NCBI RefSeq assembly: GCF_044324785.1
Contig: NZ_CP172127.1
Direction: 5' to 3' (one strand)
Source of the DNA: Escherichia coli
GTDB taxonomy: Bacteria > Pseudomonadota > Gammaproteobacteria > Enterobacterales > Enterobacteriaceae
Length of the DNA stretch: 64,000 nucleotides
The stretch's first letter is position 1, and the number at the start of each line of letters is the position of its first letter. The notes under the pieces are model-generated. The model was not told the origin of the DNA. It worked only from the letters and a program-made list of their open reading frames with translations, and ran no database searches. Shown here piece after piece: positions 23,692-36,623 of this stretch. The position numbers were made by a program, and so were the translations under genes.

Positions 23692-23825
23692 ATAAAAATG
23701 TCATACTCAAAATCATTCAAACTGTATCAAGATGGCAAGAGAATGAATCCCGATGCGCATGCTGTAGTAAGTGATTTGGGTGAAAGAACGCAGCCAACGC
23801 AGAGACAGATTGAAGGATGAAGAGT

Positions 23826-25310
23826 ATGGGTTCCACCTCGTCGCTGTATGCAGCCATTGATCTCGGTTCGAATAGTTTTCATATGCTGGTTGTGCGCGAG
23901 GTGGCTGGAAGCATCCAGACGCTGACGCGAATTAAACGCAAAGTGCGTCTGGCTGCTGGCCTGAACAGCGAAAATGCCCTGTCTAATGAAGCAATGGAGC
24001 GCGGTTGGCAATGTCTGCGCCTGTTTGCTGAACGTCTGCAAGATATCCCTCCCTCGCAAATTCGCGTTGTCGCTACGGCGACATTACGACTTGCCGTCAA
24101 TGCGGGTGATTTTATTGCCAAAGCGCAGGAAATCCTCGGTTGTCCGGTACAGGTGATCAGCGGTGAAGAGGAAGCGCGTCTGATTTATCAGGGCGTTGCT
24201 CACACCACTGGCGGTGCCGATCAGCGCCTGGTGGTGGATATAGGTGGTGCCAGTACTGAACTGGTAACCGGCACGGGTGCACAAACCACCTCTTTGTTCA
24301 GCCTGTCGATGGGCTGCGTCACCTGGCTGGAACGCTATTTTGCCGATCGTAATCTGGGGCAGGAAAATTTTGATGCTGCAGAAAAAGCGGCACGCGAAGT
24401 GTTACGTCCGGTTGCCGATGAATTACGGTATCACGGCTGGAAAGTGTGCGTTGGCGCTTCCGGCACTGTGCAGGCGTTACAGGAAATCATGATGGCACAG
24501 GGGATGGATGAACGCATTACCCTGGAAAAGTTGCAGCAACTGAAACAGCGCGCCATTCATTGCGGTCGGCTGGAGGAACTGGAGATTGACGGGCTGACGC
24601 TGGAACGTGCGTTAGTGTTCCCGAGTGGTCTGGCAATCCTGATAGCCATTTTTACCGAACTGAATATTCAGTGTATGACCCTGGCGGGCGGTGCGCTGCG
24701 TGAAGGCCTGGTCTACGGCATGTTGCATCTGGCCGTCGAGCAGGATATTCGCAGCCGTACGCTGCGTAATATTCAACGCCGCTTTATGATCGATATTGAT
24801 CAGGCACAGCGCGTAGCCAAAGTTGCGGCTAACTTCTTCGATCAGGTGGAAAACGAATGGCATCTTGAAGCAATAAGCCGCGATTTGCTCATCAGCGCCT
24901 GCCAGCTTCATGAAATCGGCCTGAGCGTTGACTTCAAACAAGCGCCGCAACATGCTGCTTATCTGGTACGTAATCTGGATCTTCCCGGTTTTACCCCCGC
25001 ACAGAAAAAATTGCTGGCGACGCTACTGCTCAACCAGACGAACCCGGTCGATCTCTCATCGCTGCATCAGCAAAATGCCGTACCGCCGCGCGTCGCAGAA
25101 CAACTCTGTCGTTTACTCCGCCTGGCCATCATTTTTGCCAGCCGTCGTCGTGACGATCTCGTGCCAGAGATGACATTACAGGCTAACCATGAACTGTTGA
25201 CCTTGACGCTTCCGCAAGGTTGGCTAACCCAACATCCGCTGGGTAAAGAGATTATTGATCAGGAAAGCCAGTGGCAGAGCTATGTCCACTGGCCGCTGGA
25301 AGTGCATTAA
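23826..25310 (+). CDS. gppA: Guanosine pentaphosphate phosphohydrolase / exopolyphosphatase-family GppA, 494 aa
   Basis: Start at [18 protein letters not shown]... (Ppx/GppA N-terminal motif); the ORF track begins 3 codons upstream. Confidence 0.9.
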   Translation: MGSTSSLYAAIDLGSNSFHMLVVREVAGSIQTLTRIKRKVRLAAGLNSENALSNEAMERGWQCLRLFAERLQDIPPSQIRVVATATLRLAVNAGDFIAKAQEILGCPVQVISGEEEARLIYQGVAHTTGGADQRLVVDIGGASTELVTGTGAQTTSLFSLSMGCVTWLERYFADRNLGQENFDAAEKAAREVLRPVADELRYHGWKVCVGASGTVQALQEIMMAQGMDERITLEKLQQLKQRAIHCGRLEELEIDGLTLERALVFPSGLAILIAIFTELNIQCMTLAGGALREGLVYGMLHLAVEQDIRSRTLRNIQRRFMIDIDQAQRVAKVAANFFDQVENEWHLEAISRDLLISACQLHEIGLSVDFKQAPQHAAYLVRNLDLPGFTPAQKKLLATLLLNQTNPVDLSSLHQQNAVPPRVAEQLCRLLRLAIIFASRRRDDLVPEMTLQANHELLTLTLPQGWLTQHPLGKEIIDQESQWQSYVHWPLEVH

Positions 25311-25319
25311 TGAGTAAGT

Positions 25320-25351
25320 GCCGGATGCGATGCTGACGCATTTTTTCCGGC
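25320..25351. repeat. REP-like palindromic unit between convergent gppA and rep
   Basis: GCCGGATGCGATGCTGACGCATTTTTTCCGGC resembles the GCCGGATGCG...TCCGGC REP family with a diverged centre. Confidence 0.5.
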
Positions 25352-25356
25352 CTTGA

Positions 25357-27378
25357 TTATTTCCCTCGTTTTGCCGCCATCATCGCTTTCAGATTCGCCA
25401 GATGGCTTTGCCCTTTCTGCATCCGTTCTTCGGCGCTCACCACTTTGCGCTCCTGTTCCCAAATCAGATCATCCTGCGGCAGCTCCAGCAAAAAGCGGCT
25501 CGGCTCCGGGCGCACCAGTTCGCCGTACTGACGGCGTTCTTTACACAGCGTAAAGGTCAATTCCTTCTGGGCGCGGGTAATGCCGACATAGGCCAGCCGC
25601 CGCTCCTCATCGATATTATCTTCATCGATGCTGCTCTGGTGCGGCAAAAAACCTTCTTCCATACCGACCATGTAGACATAAGGAAACTCCAGCCCTTTCG
25701 ACGCGTGCAGAGTCATCAGTTGTACCTGATCCAGCTCTTCCTCACTCTCGCCGCGCTCCATCATGTCGCGCAGAGTAAAGCGCGTCACCACCTGGGTGAG
25801 CGTCATCGGCTCATCCAGTTCGCTGCCTTCCAGCATCTCCGTCATCCAGCTAAACAGTTGGTTGACGTTCTTCATGCGCATTTCGGCAGCTTTCGGGCTG
25901 GGCGATGTTTCGTACAGCCAGGATTCATAATCCATGCCGTGGATCAGATCACGCACCGCGGCAATCGGCTCCCGCTCCGCCAGGCGCTGGATTTCTGCCA
26001 ACCAGTGAGTGAAGCGGGTCAATGCTTCATAACCACGTCCGCTAAGCGTCTGACTCAGGCCCATATCAAAGCTGGCGGTAAACATGCTTTTATTGCGCGT
26101 CATCGCCCACTCACCCAGCTTTTTCAGCGTAGCCGGGCCAATCTCTCGCTTCGGCGTGTTAACGATACGCAGAAATGCGCTGTCATCGTCCGGGTTAGTC
26201 AGCACGCGCAGATAAGCCAGCAAATCCTTGATTTCAGGACGAGAGAAAAACGACGTACCACCAGAAATTTTGTACGGGATGCGGTTTTGCATCAGGAATT
26301 TTTCAAACACCCGCGACTGATGGTTACCGCGATAAAGAATGGCGTAATCTTTGTACTGCGTTTTATTGACGAAGTGATGGGCGATCAGCTCGCCAGTAAC
26401 GCGCTCGGCTTCATGTTCTTCGTTATTCGCGCTTAAAACTTTTAGCTCCGCGCCATAGCCCAGTTCGGAGAACAGACGCTTTTCAAAGACGTGCGGGTTA
26501 TTGGCAATGAGGATGTTCGCCGCTTTCAGAATACGTCCGGAAGAGCGGTAGTTCTGCTCAAGCTTAATCACCTTCAGTGCCGGGAAATCCTGACTCAGCA
26601 GCACCAGGTTTTGCGGACGTGCGCCGCGCCAGGAGTAGATCGACTGGTCATCATCACCCACCACGGTAAAGCGCGCGCGGCTGCCCACCAGCAGTTTCAC
26701 CAGCTCATACTGGCTGGTGTTGGTGTCCTGATATTCGTCCACCAGCAGGTAGCGAATTTTGTTCTGCCAGCGTTCACGAACTTCTTCATTGCGTTGCAAC
26801 AGTAACGTCGGCAATAAAATCAGGTCATCGAAGTCGAGAACGTTACAGGCTTTCAGGTGTGCATCATACAGCCCATAACAATGGGCAAAAATACGATCCC
26901 GCTCGCCCTTTGCCTCTGCCGCCGCCTGCGCCGGAGTTTTGAGATCGTTCTTCCAGTTGGAGATGGTCGAAATCAGCTGTTGCAGGAGAACTTTGTCATC
27001 TTCAATCAGCCCCTCGGTCAGCTCTTTAAGCAAAGCAAGCTGATCGGTATCGTCAAACAACGAGAAGTTTGCTTTCATCCCAAGCGCCGCATACTCTCGT
27101 TTGATGATATCCAGCCCCAGTGTGTGGAAGGTGGAGATCATTAGCCCACGCGCCTCTTTGCGACCCAGCGTCTGCCCGACACGCTCTTTCATCTCGCGCG
27201 CCGCCTTATTGGTAAAGGTCACCGCCGCGATATGTCGCGCCTGATAACCGCAACCGCGGATCAGATGGGCGATTTTATTGGTGATAACACGAGTTTTACC
27301 GGAACCCGCGCCCGCCAGCACCAGGCAGGGGCCGGTAACGAATTCGACAGCTTGTTGTTGGCCGGGGTTTAGACGCAT
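25357..27378 (-). CDS. rep: ATP-dependent DNA helicase Rep, 673 aa
   Basis: Start at [29 protein letters not shown] (UvrD/Rep superfamily 1 motifs); the ORF track adds 5 codons. Confidence 0.93.
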   Translation of the reverse strand: MRLNPGQQQAVEFVTGPCLVLAGAGSGKTRVITNKIAHLIRGCGYQARHIAAVTFTNKAAREMKERVGQTLGRKEARGLMISTFHTLGLDIIKREYAALGMKANFSLFDDTDQLALLKELTEGLIEDDKVLLQQLISTISNWKNDLKTPAQAAAEAKGERDRIFAHCYGLYDAHLKACNVLDFDDLILLPTLLLQRNEEVRERWQNKIRYLLVDEYQDTNTSQYELVKLLVGSRARFTVVGDDDQSIYSWRGARPQNLVLLSQDFPALKVIKLEQNYRSSGRILKAANILIANNPHVFEKRLFSELGYGAELKVLSANNEEHEAERVTGELIAHHFVNKTQYKDYAILYRGNHQSRVFEKFLMQNRIPYKISGGTSFFSRPEIKDLLAYLRVLTNPDDDSAFLRIVNTPKREIGPATLKKLGEWAMTRNKSMFTASFDMGLSQTLSGRGYEALTRFTHWLAEIQRLAEREPIAAVRDLIHGMDYESWLYETSPSPKAAEMRMKNVNQLFSWMTEMLEGSELDEPMTLTQVVTRFTLRDMMERGESEEELDQVQLMTLHASKGLEFPYVYMVGMEEGFLPHQSSIDEDNIDEERRLAYVGITRAQKELTFTLCKERRQYGELVRPEPSRFLLELPQDDLIWEQERKVVSAEERMQKGQSHLANLKAMMAAKRGK

Positions 27379-27416
27379 AGGAAAATCGCTCAATGAAAGT
27401 CGGGAGGGGAAAATAA

Positions 27417-27746
<330 letters not shown>

Positions 27747-27750
27747 CAGC

Positions 27751-27775
27751 AAGGCCTTCTCCGGGAGAAGGCCTT
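27751..27775. terminator. Bidirectional hairpin between convergent ppiC and ilvC
   Basis: AAGGCCTTCTCC / GGAGAAGGCCTT near-perfect palindrome within the 45-bp spacer. Confidence 0.55.
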
Positions 27776-27791
27776 GAACTCTGAATCGCAC

Positions 27792-29267
27792 TTAACCTGC
27801 AACAGCAATACGTTTCATATCCGTCATATAGCCGCGCAGTTTCTTACCTACCTGCTCAATCGCATGGCTGCGAATCGCTTCGTTCACATCACGCAACTGC
27901 GCGTTATCTACCGCACCTTCCGGAATAGCTTTACCCAGGTCGCCCGGTTGCAGCTCTGCCATAAACGGTTTCAGCAGCGGCACACAAGCGTAAGAGAACA
28001 GATAGTTACCGTATTCAGCGGTATCAGAAATAACCACGTTCATTTCATACAGACGCTTACGGGCGATGGTGTTGGCAATCAGCGGCAGTTCGTGCAGTGA
28101 TTCATAGTAAGCAGACTCTTCGATGATGCCGGAATCAACCATGGTTTCAAACGCCAGCTCAACGCCCGCTTTTACCATCGCGATCATCAGTACGCCTTTA
28201 TCGAAGTACTCCTGCTCGCCGATTTTGCCTTCATACTGCGGCGCGGTTTCGAACGCGGTTTTGCCGGTCTCTTCACGCCAGGTCAGCAGTTTCTTATCGT
28301 CGTTGGCCCAGTCAGCCATCATACCGGAGGAGAATTCGCCGGAGATGATATCGTCCATATGTTTCTGGAACAGCGGTGCCATGATCTCTTTCAATTGCTC
28401 AGAGAGCGCGTAAGCGCGCAGTTTCGCCGGGTTAGAGAGACGGTCCATCATCAGCGTGATGCCGCCCTGTTTCAGTGCTTCGGTGATGGTTTCCCAACCG
28501 AACTGAATTAGTTTTTCTGCGTATGCCGGATCGGTGCCTTCTTCCACCAGCTTGTCGAAGCACAGCAAAGAGCCAGCCTGCAACATGCCGCACAGGATGG
28601 TTTGCTCGCCCATCAGGTCAGATTTCACTTCCGCAACGAAGGACGATTCCAGCACGCCCGCACGGTGACCACCGGTTGCTGCCGCCCATGCTTTAGCGAT
28701 CGCCATGCCTTCGCCTTTCGGATCGTTTTCCGGGTGAACGGCAATCAGCGTCGGTACGCCGAATCCACGTTTGTACTCTTCACGCACTTCGGTGCCCGGG
28801 CATTTCGGCGCAACCATTACTACGGTGATGTCTTTACGGATCTGCTCTCCTACTTCCACGATGTTGAAACCGTGCGAGTAACCCAGCGCCGCGCCATCTT
28901 TCATCAACGGCTGTACGGAACGCACAACGTCGGAATGCTGCTTATCCGGCGTCAGGTTAACCACCAGATCCGCCTGCGGGATCAGTTCTTCGTAAGTACC
29001 AACTTTAAAGCCGTTTTCGGTCGCTTTACGCCAGGACGCGCGCTTCTCGGCAATCGCTTCCTTACGCAGAGCGTAGGAGATATCGAGACCAGAATCACGC
29101 ATGTTCAGGCCCTGGTTCAGACCCTGTGCGCCACAGCCGACGATGACCACTTTTTTACCCTGAAGGTAGCTCGCGCCATCGGCGAATTCATCGCGCCCCA
29201 TAAAGCGACATTTGCCCAGCTGTGCCAGCTGCTGGCGCAGATTCAGTGTATTGAAGTAGTTAGCCAT
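27792..29267 (-). CDS. ilvC: Ketol-acid reductoisomerase, 491 aa
   Basis: Start at [17 protein letters not shown]...; the ORF track adds 74 upstream codons that run into the ilvY promoter region. Confidence 0.95.
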
Positions 29268-29416
29268 GGTGATTCCTCGTGATGTTGTGCTTCTTATTGT
29301 TCGGTTCGCGTTTGCGAGATTGAATTCACTATATGACAGGAAATTTATTGCGGAAATTGATATATTCACAACGTCACATTGCAATTTCTGCAACGTCAAC
29401 ATCGAGGGCTGCGCCT
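29268..29416. promoter_or_regulatory. Divergent ilvY / ilvC promoter-operator region
   Basis: 149-bp spacer between divergent starts; location of the IlvY operators is established knowledge, individual sites not mapped here. Confidence 0.55.
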
Positions 29417-30307
29417 GTGGATTTACGCGATCTGAAAACCTTCCTGCATCTGGCGGAAAGCCGCCATTTTGGCCGTAGCGCGCGGGCAATGCACGTTAGC
29501 CCGTCTACGCTTTCGCGACAAATACAGCGCCTGGAAGAAGATCTCGGTCAGCCGCTGTTTGTGCGTGATAACCGCACGGTAACGCTGACGGAAGCGGGCG
29601 AAGAACTGCGCGTTTTCGCCCAGCAAACACTGTTGCAATATCAGCAATTGCGCCACACCATCGACCAGCAAGGGCCGTCGCTCTCTGGTGAATTACATAT
29701 CTTCTGCTCGGTGACCGCTGCCTACAGCCATCTTCCACCGATTCTCGACCGCTTCCGCGCGGAACATCCGTCAGTGGAGATCAAACTCACTACCGGTGAT
29801 GCGGCCGATGCGATGGAAAAGGTGGTCACTGGCGAAGCGGATCTGGCGATTGCGGGTAAACCGGAAACCTTGCCGGGCGCAGTGGCGTTTTCGATGCTGG
29901 AGAATCTGGCGGTGGTGCTGATTGCTCCCGCGCTGCCCTGCCCGGTGCGTAATCAGGTATCTGTCGAAAAGCCCGACTGGTCTACAGTGCCGTTTATCAT
30001 GGCCGATCAGGGACCGGTACGCCGCCGCATTGAACTGTGGTTTCGGCGTAACAAAATCAGCAACCCAATGATTTACGCCACGGTTGGCGGGCATGAAGCG
30101 ATGGTATCGATGGTGGCGCTCGGCTGTGGCGTGGCGCTGTTGCCGGAAGTGGTGCTGGATAACAGCCCGGAACCGGTGCGTAACCGCGTGATGATTTTAG
30201 AGCGCAGTGATGAAAAAACGCCGTTTGAGCTGGGCGTGTGCGTACAAAAAAAGCGGCTTCATGAGCCGCTGATTGAGGCGTTCTGGAAGATTTTGCCGAA
30301 CCACTAA
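29417..30307 (+). CDS. ilvY: LysR-type regulator IlvY, GTG start
   Basis: Start at GTG ([23 protein letters not shown]...), helix-turn-helix at the N-terminus; the ORF track begins 28 codons upstream. Confidence 0.88.
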
Positions 30308-31848
30308 CCCGCCAAAAAGAACCTGAACGCCGGGTTATTGGTTTCGTCGTGGCAATCGTAGCCCAGTTCATTCAGCCGGGTTTCAAAATCCGGTTCATGA
30401 TCGCCAAGCTCGAACGCCGCCAGTACGCGCCCGTAGTCGGTACCGTGGCTGCGATAATGGAACAGCGAGATGTTCCAGTGCGTACCCAGCGTGTTGAGGA
30501 AGCGCAGCAGCGCGCCCGGTGATTCCGGGAATTCGAAGCTGTATAGGCGTTCCTGCAACGGATGCGATGGACGCCCGCCAACCATATAGCGCACGTGTAG
30601 CTTCGCCATTTCGTCGTCGGAGAGATCAACCACGCTGTAGCCGCCGTCGTTGAGCATCTGCAAAATTTCTTTGCGCTCTTCGAGACCGCGGCTCAGGCGC
30701 ACGCCGACAAAAATGCAGGCGTTTTTGGCATCAGCAAAGCGGTAGTTGAACTCGGTGACCGAGCGCCCACCAAGTAACTGGCAGAATTTGAGGAAGCTGC
30801 CCTTTTCTTCCGGAATGGTCACCGCCAACAACGCTTCACGCTGTTCGCCCAGTTCGCAGCGTTCCGAGACGTAGCGCAGACCGTGAAAGTTCACGTTGGC
30901 ACCGGAAAGAATATGCGCCAGCCGTTCACCGCGAATGTTGTGCTGGGCGATGTATTTTTTCATCCCTGCCAGCGCCAGCGCGCCAGAGGGTTCAGCCACC
31001 GCGCGTACATCTTCGAACAGGTCTTTCATCGCCGCACAGATGGCATCGCTATCGACGGTGATGATGTCGTCAAGATACTCCTGGCACAAACGGAAGGTTT
31101 CATCGCCGATGCGTTTTACCGCGACGCCTTCAGCAAACAGCCCCACGCGGGGCAGATCAACGGGATGACCCGCATCCAGCGCTGCTTTCAGGCAGGCGGA
31201 ATCTTCCGCTTCCACGGCGATCACTTTGATTTGCGGCATCAGTTGTTTGATCAGTACCGCGACGCCCGCCGCCAGACCGCCGCCGCCGACCGGTACAAAT
31301 ACGCGGTCGAGATGGGCGTCCTGCTGGAGCAGTTCCAGCGCCAGCGTGCCTTGCCCGGCGATCACCATCGGATGGTCGAACGGCGGTACCCAGGTGAAAC
31401 CCTGCTGCTGTGACAGTTCGATCGCTTTCGCTTTCGCTTCATCGAAATTTGCGCCGTGAAGCAGCACTTCGCCGCCAAAGCCGCGCACCGCATCAACTTT
31501 GATATCGGCGGTGGCGGTTGGCATGACGATCAGCGCCTTCACGCCTAACCGTGCGGAAGAAAACGCGACGCCCTGCGCGTGGTTACCCGCAGAAGCGGTG
31601 ATCACGCCGTGCGCTTTTTGTTCTTCCGTCAGGCCCGCCATCATGGCGTATGCGCCGCGCAGCTTAAAGCTGTGTACTGGCTGGCGATCTTCGCGCTTCA
31701 CCAGAATCACGTTATCAAGACGCGACGACAGTTTTTCCATTTTCTGTAGCGGCGTGACCTGCGCCGCTTCGTAGACCGGCGCGCGCAGCACCGCTCTTAA
31801 ATATTCGGCACCTTCCGGGGTACCGGACAGGGGTTGCGAGTCAGCCAT
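30304..31848 (-). CDS. ilvA: Threonine deaminase (biosynthetic), 514 aa
   Basis: 514 aa ORF with PLP-dependent fold and C-terminal regulatory domains. Confidence 0.95.
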   Translation of the reverse strand: MADSQPLSGTPEGAEYLRAVLRAPVYEAAQVTPLQKMEKLSSRLDNVILVKREDRQPVHSFKLRGAYAMMAGLTEEQKAHGVITASAGNHAQGVAFSSARLGVKALIVMPTATADIKVDAVRGFGGEVLLHGANFDEAKAKAIELSQQQGFTWVPPFDHPMVIAGQGTLALELLQQDAHLDRVFVPVGGGGLAAGVAVLIKQLMPQIKVIAVEAEDSACLKAALDAGHPVDLPRVGLFAEGVAVKRIGDETFRLCQEYLDDIITVDSDAICAAMKDLFEDVRAVAEPSGALALAGMKKYIAQHNIRGERLAHILSGANVNFHGLRYVSERCELGEQREALLAVTIPEEKGSFLKFCQLLGGRSVTEFNYRFADAKNACIFVGVRLSRGLEERKEILQMLNDGGYSVVDLSDDEMAKLHVRYMVGGRPSHPLQERLYSFEFPESPGALLRFLNTLGTHWNISLFHYRSHGTDYGRVLAAFELGDHEPDFETRLNELGYDCHDETNNPAFRFFLAG

Positions 31849-31850
31849 TA

Positions 31851-33701
31851 TTAACTCCCCAGTTTCGATTTATCGCGCACCGCACCTTTGTCGGCGCTGG
31901 TTGCCAGGCTGGCGTAGGCGCGCAACGCAAAGGAGACCTGACGTTCGCGATTTTTCGGCGTCCAGGCTTTGTCGCCACGAGCTTCCTGCGCTTCACGACG
32001 CGCCGCCAGTTCGGCATCGCTTACCTGTAACTGAATGCCACGGTTGGGAATGTCGATAGCGATAAGATCGCCGTCTTCAATCAGACCAATGCTGCCGCCG
32101 CTTGCCGCTTCCGGCGAGACGTGGCCGATGGAAAGACCAGAGGTGCCGCCGGAGAAGCGTCCGTCGGTGATCAGCGCGCAGGCTTTACCGAGACCCATTG
32201 ATTTCAGGAAGCTGGTTGGGTAGAGCATTTCCTGCATCCCCGGACCGCCTTTCGGGCCTTCGTACCGGATCACCACTACATCGCCAGCGACAACTTTGCC
32301 GCCGAGAATCGCTTCTACCGCGTCATCCTGGCTTTCGTACACTTTCGCCGGGCCGGTGAATTTGAGGATGCTGTCATCGACGCCCGCGGTTTTAACAATG
32401 CAGCCGTTTTCTGCGAAATTACCGTAGAGCACCGCCAAGCCGCCGTCTTTGCTGTAGGCGTATTCCAGCGAGCGGATACAGCCGTTTGCGCGATCGTCAT
32501 CGAGAGAATCCCAACGGCAATCCTGCGAGAATGCCTGTGTAGTACGAATGCCAGCAGGGCCTGCGCGGAACATATTTTTAACCGCGTCATCCTGGGTCAG
32601 CATAACGTCGTATTGTTCCAGCGTTTGCGGCAACGTCAGGCCAAGCACGTTTTTCACATCACGGTTCAGTAACCCCGCGCGATCCAGTTCGCCAAGAATA
32701 CCGATAACACCACCAGCACGATGAACATCTTCCATATGGTATTTCTGGGTGCTCGGCGCAACTTTACACAGCTGTGGAACCTTGCGGGAGAGCTTATCAA
32801 TATCACTCATGGTGAAGTCGATTTCCGCTTCCTGCGCCGCCGCCAGCAGGTGAAGTACCGTGTTGGTAGAGCCGCCCATCGCGATATCCAGCGTCATGGC
32901 ATTTTCAAACGCCGCTTTGCTAGCAATATTGCGCGGCAGTGCACTTTCGTCGTTTTGCTCGTAGTAACGTTTGGTCAATTCAACAATGCGTTTACCGGCA
33001 TTGAGGAACAGCTGCTTGCGATCGGCGTGGGTCGCCAGCAGCGAGCCGTTGCCCGGCTGCGACAGGCCCAGTGCTTCGGTCAGGCAATTCATAGAGTTAG
33101 CGGTAAACATCCCGGAGCAAGATCCGCAGGTTGGACAGGCGGAACGTTCAACCTGATCGCTCTGGGAGTCAGAAACTTTCGGGTCTGCGCCCTGGATCAT
33201 CGCATCAACCAGATCGAGCTTAATGATCTGATCGGACAGTTTGGTTTTCCCGGCCTCCATCGGACCGCCGGAAACAAAGATCACCGGAATATTCAGGCGC
33301 AGGGAAGCCATCAGCATCCCCGGGGTGATTTTGTCGCAGTTAGAGATGCAGACCATAGCGTCGGCGCAGTGGGCGTTGACCATATATTCAACGGAATCAG
33401 CGATCAGTTCGCGAGATGGCAGTGAATAAAGCATGCCCCCGTGGCCCATAGCGATCCCATCATCCACCGCAATGGTGTTGAACTCTTTGGCAACGCCGCC
33501 AGCCGCTTCAATTTGTTCGGCGACCAGTTTACCGAGATCGCGCAGATGGACGTGACCCGGTACAAATTGGGTGAACGAGTTCACAACCGCGATAATCGGC
33601 TTACCGAAATCGGCGTCGGTCATTCCGGTGGCGCGCCACAGCGCACGAGCACCCGCCATATTACGACCATGAGTGGTGGTGGCGGAACGGTACTTAGGCA
33701 T
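31851..33701 (-). CDS. ilvD: Dihydroxy-acid dehydratase, 616 aa
   Basis: 616 aa ORF; ilvD/edd family motifs. Confidence 0.95.
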   Translation of the reverse strand: MPKYRSATTTHGRNMAGARALWRATGMTDADFGKPIIAVVNSFTQFVPGHVHLRDLGKLVAEQIEAAGGVAKEFNTIAVDDGIAMGHGGMLYSLPSRELIADSVEYMVNAHCADAMVCISNCDKITPGMLMASLRLNIPVIFVSGGPMEAGKTKLSDQIIKLDLVDAMIQGADPKVSDSQSDQVERSACPTCGSCSGMFTANSMNCLTEALGLSQPGNGSLLATHADRKQLFLNAGKRIVELTKRYYEQNDESALPRNIASKAAFENAMTLDIAMGGSTNTVLHLLAAAQEAEIDFTMSDIDKLSRKVPQLCKVAPSTQKYHMEDVHRAGGVIGILGELDRAGLLNRDVKNVLGLTLPQTLEQYDVMLTQDDAVKNMFRAGPAGIRTTQAFSQDCRWDSLDDDRANGCIRSLEYAYSKDGGLAVLYGNFAENGCIVKTAGVDDSILKFTGPAKVYESQDDAVEAILGGKVVAGDVVVIRYEGPKGGPGMQEMLYPTSFLKSMGLGKACALITDGRFSGGTSGLSIGHVSPEAASGGSIGLIEDGDLIAIDIPNRGIQLQVSDAELAARREAQEARGDKAWTPKNRERQVSFALRAYASLATSADKGAVRDKSKLGS

Positions 33702-33765
33702 ACTTTATTTACTCCCAGTGTCTGTCTCGTAAATGGGACGGTGCGTGCCGTCCCATTTTTTGTAT

Positions 33766-34695
33766 TTATTGATTAACTTGATCTAACCAGCCCCATTTAT
33801 CTTCGGTTTCGCCAGTGAAGAGGCCGAAGAAGGCTTGCTGAATGCGTTTGGTAACCGGGCCACAACGGCCTTCGCCAACCTGAATACCGTCTACGCTGCG
33901 CACTGGCGTGATTTCTGCCGCCGTACCGGACATAAACACTTCATCCGCCAGATACAGGGATTCGCGCGACAGCACCTGCTCACGCACTTCAATTCCCAGC
34001 TCTTTCGCCAGTTTGATGATGGCGTCACGGGTAATACCCGGCAGCGCGGATGAGGTGAACGGTGGGGTGAACAGCACACCGTCTTTCACTTCAAACAGGT
34101 TTTCGCCTGCGCCTTCAGAGATATAACCGTTCACATCCAGCGCGATACCTTCCTGATAACCGTGGCGGCGCGCTTCGCTACCCACCAGCAGGGAAGAGAG
34201 GTAGTTACCACCGGCTTTTGCCGCCGTCGGGATGGTGTTTGGTGCTGCGCGGTTCCAGGAGGAAACCATCGCATCGATCCCCTGCTCCAGCGCTTCTGCG
34301 CCCAGATACGCTCCCCACGGGAAAGCGGCGATAATTACATCGGTTGAGTATCCCGCTGGCGGGTTAACGCCCATACCAACATCACCGACGAAGATCAGCG
34401 GACGGATATAGGCGCTGGTGAGATTGTTTTTGCGGATCACGTCACGACAAGCTTCCATCAGCTCATCAATGCTCTGCGAAACCGGGAAGCGATAGATTTT
34501 GGCGGAGTCATGCAGACGCTGCATATGCTCACGATGGCGGAATACAACCGGTCCTTTGTGCGAGTCGTAGCAACGGATGCCTTCAAAAACCGAGGTGCCA
34601 TAGTGCAGCGCGTGCGACATCACATGCACCTTCGCGTCTTTCCAGCGAACCATCTCCCCATTGAACCAAATGTAATCAGCTTTCTTCGTGGTCAT
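33766..34695 (-). CDS. ilvE: Branched-chain amino acid aminotransferase, 309 aa
   Basis: Start at MTTKKADYIWFNGEM...; the ORF track adds 22 codons. Confidence 0.95.
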   Translation of the reverse strand: MTTKKADYIWFNGEMVRWKDAKVHVMSHALHYGTSVFEGIRCYDSHKGPVVFRHREHMQRLHDSAKIYRFPVSQSIDELMEACRDVIRKNNLTSAYIRPLIFVGDVGMGVNPPAGYSTDVIIAAFPWGAYLGAEALEQGIDAMVSSWNRAAPNTIPTAAKAGGNYLSSLLVGSEARRHGYQEGIALDVNGYISEGAGENLFEVKDGVLFTPPFTSSALPGITRDAIIKLAKELGIEVREQVLSRESLYLADEVFMSGTAAEITPVRSVDGIQVGEGRCGPVTKRIQQAFFGLFTGETEDKWGWLDQVNQ

Positions 34696-34714
34696 TTTTA
34701 TATTCCTTTTGCGC

Positions 34715-34978
34715 TCAGGCGCGGATTTGTTGTGATGTGGTTGTGCTCTGGCAGATGGCAACGTGTGCGACGTCCACCAGTTTATTTAACTGACTAAACA
34801 GTAAGTCGACCGACCGTGGGCTGGCAACGGTCAATTCGATATTTATATTTTGTGCATCGCTGGCGGCAGCCATATTCATTGAGCAGACGTGGAAACCACG
34901 ATGACGCACCACGCGTAAAACACGTTCTAAGGTTTCTGGATTGAAGCGAGCCGATACATTGACCTGATGTTGCATCAT
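34715..34978 (-). CDS. ilvM: Acetolactate synthase II small subunit, 87 aa
   Basis: 87 aa ORF whose start overlaps the ilvG stop (ATGA). Confidence 0.92.
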   Translation of the reverse strand: MMQHQVNVSARFNPETLERVLRVVRHRGFHVCSMNMAAASDAQNINIELTVASPRSVDLLFSQLNKLVDVAHVAICQSTTTSQQIRA

Positions 34979-36621
34979 GATAATTTCTCCAACATTTCTG
35001 AATTACTGGCACCAGGCGGCACCAGCGGCCAGACATTCTCAAGTTCGTCGATTGAGACATGAAGCAGGTATGGCCCATCACTGTTCAGCATGGTGTCGAG
35101 TGCCGCTTCAACCTGGTCTTTACGGGTGATGTGTTGGCCAGGGATGCCGAAGGCGCTGGCTAACATGAGGAAATCGGGGTTATCAGTAAGGGTGGTTTCG
35201 CTGTATCGTTCCTGAAAAAACAGTTGCTGCCATTGTCGAACCATCCCTAACCGTTGGTTATCGAGTAAGACGATTTTCAACGGTAACTGCTTGCGTTTTA
35301 CGGTGCCCAGCTCTTGCACATTCATCATGAAAGAGCCGTCACCGGAGATACAGACGACGGTATCGTTCGGTCGCGCGACTTGTGCGCCAACCGCCGCTGG
35401 TAAACCAAAACCCATGGTGCCTAAGCCGCTAGAGGTGATGAAATTTTCCGGGCGAGTGTGGGCGATGTGCTGCGCAGCCCACATCTGGTGCTGCCCCACA
35501 TCTGTGGTCACGACGCAATCCGCAGGTTTACGATCCGACAGTTGTTTTAACAACAACGGCGCGTAGATAGCGTCACCGGGATGGTCGTAACGCCAGGAAT
35601 GTTCATCACGCAGCTGCGCGCAGTGTTGCTGCCAGTCATTGATATTTAACGGCTGCTGTAATGCTGGTAACAGAGCATTTAAATCGCCTTGTAATGCCAC
35701 ATGTGCCTGACGCAGCTTGTTCATTTCTGCCGGGTCGATATCCATATGGATAACACTGGCGTGTGGTGCGAAGGTGTTCAGTTTGCCGGTCACCCGGTCA
35801 TCAAAACGTGCACCCACGGCGATCAGCAAGTCGCACTCCTGCACCGCGAAGTTCGCCGCTTTGGTGCCATGCATTCCCAGCATGCCCAGATAGTACGGAT
35901 AATCTGCTTCAACTGCGCCCAGCCCTTTCAGCGTGCAGGTGGCAGGCATTTTTGTGGTAGCGAGAAATTCTCGTAAAGCAGGAACTGCCTGCGCCATACC
36001 TACGCCCCCGCCAACGTACAGCATCGGTTTTTGCGCTTTTGCCAGCATCTGGCGCGCTTGCTCAACTTCGGCATGTGGGAAAGTCACTTCGTTTTCAACG
36101 GTGGTGAACCACGGTTCCAGGTCACCGCTGGCTAGCTGGATATCTTTTGGGATATCGACCAGAACCGGACCAGGACGACCTGAGCTGGCAACGTCGAATG
36201 CTTCAGCCATAATGCGCGGCAACTCTTCAAGCGACTGCACCAGAAAGCTGTGCTTGGTACAGGCTAACGACAATCCCAGGACATCCACTTCCTGAAATGC
36301 GTCAGTGCCGATAAACGGTGCGGACACTTGACCGGTGATGGCAACAACAGGGATGGAATCTAACAGTGCGTCCGCAAGCCCGGTTATCAGGTTGGTTGCG
36401 CCCGGACCAGACGTGGCGATACATACGCCAGTTTTGCCGGTAGCACGGGCATAACCGATAACCGCCATTGCCGCACCCTGCTCATGTCGGCACAGCAAGT
36501 GCTCCACGCCGCCGTCATACAATGCATCGTAAACCGGCATAATTGCGCCACCCGGATAACCGAAAACGGTATTCACACCCTGTGCCCGCAACGCATGTAC
36601 CACCCACTGTGCGCCATTCAT
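34975..36621 (-). CDS. ilvG: Acetolactate synthase II large subunit, intact 548 aa reading frame
   Basis: Single uninterrupted 548 aa ORF with ThDP-binding motifs; no internal frameshift or stop. Confidence 0.93.
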   Translation of the reverse strand: MNGAQWVVHALRAQGVNTVFGYPGGAIMPVYDALYDGGVEHLLCRHEQGAAMAVIGYARATGKTGVCIATSGPGATNLITGLADALLDSIPVVAITGQVSAPFIGTDAFQEVDVLGLSLACTKHSFLVQSLEELPRIMAEAFDVASSGRPGPVLVDIPKDIQLASGDLEPWFTTVENEVTFPHAEVEQARQMLAKAQKPMLYVGGGVGMAQAVPALREFLATTKMPATCTLKGLGAVEADYPYYLGMLGMHGTKAANFAVQECDLLIAVGARFDDRVTGKLNTFAPHASVIHMDIDPAEMNKLRQAHVALQGDLNALLPALQQPLNINDWQQHCAQLRDEHSWRYDHPGDAIYAPLLLKQLSDRKPADCVVTTDVGQHQMWAAQHIAHTRPENFITSSGLGTMGFGLPAAVGAQVARPNDTVVCISGDGSFMMNVQELGTVKRKQLPLKIVLLDNQRLGMVRQWQQLFFQERYSETTLTDNPDFLMLASAFGIPGQHITRKDQVEAALDTMLNSDGPYLLHVSIDELENVWPLVPPGASNSEMLEKLS

Positions 36622-36623
36622 AG

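Noticed and set aside
25402-26436. 344-aa plus-strand ORF inside rep
   Set aside because: Antisense shadow of the rep coding sequence; low-complexity Arg/Leu/His-rich translation typical of such frames.
28602-33425. 226-aa, 176-aa and 234-aa ORFs antisense to ilvC, ilvA and ilvD
   Set aside because: All sit entirely within the opposite strand of highly conserved biosynthetic genes; shadow ORFs.
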